64,000 bases of DNA, from contig CM030333.1 in assembly GCA_017654855.1 (NCBI GenBank), positions 2,108,001-2,172,000 of the forward strand, in the 5' to 3' direction. The notes beneath the pieces were generated by a model. It saw only the letters and a list, made by a program, of their open reading frames with translations, was not told where the DNA came from and did no database searches. A program made the translations under genes and the position numbers. Below are positions 62,301-64,000 of this stretch, in pieces. The stretch is from Podospora anserina (Eukaryota). Numbering within the stretch: position 1 is the stretch's first letter; each line of letters starts with the position of its first letter.

Positions 62301-64000
62301 CAGAAACGCTCCAGCCGAGATGCCATGCACGGCTTGTACCTACCTTTCCATGCATCTCTCTGAGCGTTCTTCGGCCTCGTGCTGCTTGCTCTCGGTCTTG
62401 GGGCGCTCTGATGTTCACTGAACTGTGGAGCGGTTGCGTGTGTCCCTGCACTGTACAGTGGGACAGACAGTCTAGGAGGTCAGGATTGCTATCAAGAGGA
62501 CACGAGGGCGACCATGTACCCAGCGGTGCCTGCTCGTAACCCATGGTAGAGCAACCGTGTCTCGTCTCCCTTGAGCATCGGATGTTTGCATCGGTGTCAT
62601 TGGTCCAGTAGACTCCCTCTCGCCTACAGACAACTGCGGTATGCTCTGGCACTCTGACCATGCCCAGGTCCCTGCACTATATGCGATGTGTATGCCTGTG
62701 TCTTCACGACCGCCCTATGACGGACCCATGGCACCTCTCCACAGCCTGGTCAACTTCTTCTTTTCTTCTCTCAACGGCCTTACTTGCAGCACCGACGACG
62801 TTGGCCTTGGCACGAGCGTTTTCCTGTCCGTTTTTGGCCTGCTTTCAAGTGCCAGCAACTGCCCCCCTGTTGGTTCCATCAACTTCCTGGCACGGCATTA
62901 GCCATTCAGCCGAGATCTTATGGGCCAGCTGCCACGATAGAGTTCCGTCACTCGCATCAACCCTTGCCTGGCCAGAAAAGGTGAGGGCAGAAGAACGGTG
63001 TGGCTCAGCTCTTCCCCCATCCTCTAGAAAGCGAATATCACAATACCGGTGGCCATAGCTTGGGGGTTTCGTCTAATCGAAGGCCCATCCACTGCCCACC
63101 CCAGACAACACACAGGGCCCCCAGTAGACTTAGCCGTTAAAGCTACCGTCCTCTGTCAGGTACCAGGTACCCCGATCTCTCCCCAGCCCTCTCCTGCCAC
63201 TGTTGCGGTAGGCCGTGCAGCCCCTGTCCTGTATTTGAATGCGGCCTCGACATTTCTCCGTGAGGAGTGAGCCCTCCGCCGGTATTAATCCTAGCTCTGT
63301 CCTACCCTGGGGCCAAGGTGCTGAGGAACCGTCTTAATACCACCAAGGGCAACCCACAAGAGCTTCATAGCTCCCGCCCTATCCCATTCCACGGGATCAT
63401 CCAACTGCAGACGGGCCCCCGCCGAGCATCTTCCTGGCCAACCTTGATTTTATACAAGATATGTTCCTGCCTTTGGGTCCCTGGTAGCCAAGGAAACCTC
63501 TCCCCTTTCCCCTTCTTCCCCTTTGCCAACCACGACAGCCTCTCCATCACCCAAGGCGACAACCACGGTTCGCCAGACCTCAGCTTGGACAGCGTTCGTG
63601 TAGATCAGTTGGTTAATACCCGAGCCCCGTGGTTTCCTGTCCTCGCCAGCACACACACGGCGGCTCCCTCTGATCTTTCTTTTCACTGGTGGGCCTGGTC
63701 TCCTGGTACGACGCATCTGCACATCAACCCCAAAGAAAAATCGCGCTCGAACCGCCACCGCACATTTTGCCCTCCTCAGTGCACTCATCCTGTTTGATCA
63801 TCGAAACCATCCGGACCCAACTCTCGCTCATATTCGCATCGCCTGGGAACTTTCAGTCTTTGGATGCCAGGATCTGCCGGGCAACGATCACCTCGACCGA
63901 ATCCAGGACAGAGGAGGTAGCGGATCCGCCTACCTGGCGCTGTGGATGGTGATGTGTGCTCGGGATTTCTGATATACTCGTTCTGCGCAGGCCGGCAACG

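Noticed and set aside
1..64000. tRNA / 5S rRNA genes; recurrent TAGG tetramer runs (e.g. 15273, 24821, 41688)
   Set aside because: No cloverleaf/T-loop or 5S signature was found by eye; the TAGG runs are only 2-3 units and look like ordinary intergenic simple repeats.

Overview
Fungal nuclear DNA with short GT-AG introns and CTRAC branch points; gene content and style suggest a Sordariales ascomycete (Podospora-like; inference). Apparently intact genes: AA9 LPMO (close to Neurospora NCU01050/LPMO9D), a multi-TM hypothetical protein, a RING-H2 protein, a TauD-type dioxygenase, a GH47 mannosidase, a chromate (CHR) transporter, a DUF1996 protein, an AltA1-like secreted protein, a small conserved hypothetical protein, a DUF3433-like protein, an MFS transporter, a DUF6594-like protein, Tof1/Timeless and 3-hydroxybutyryl-CoA dehydrogenase. 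The first 15 kb also holds three disrupted conflict-type genes (HNH-like, HET-domain, HeLo + kinase-like). At 34-37 kb is a tandem pair of paralogs of an uncharacterised domain, the second frameshifted. Two degenerate arrays of a ~10-bp motif (RRCTGGGAT and its reverse complement) lie in opposite orientation around a ~7.7-kb segment carrying only the DUF6594-like gene. The last ~10 kb has no recognisable gene. No tRNA, rRNA, transposase or tyrosine recombinase was recognised. All family assignments come from motif recognition by eye, not from database searches.
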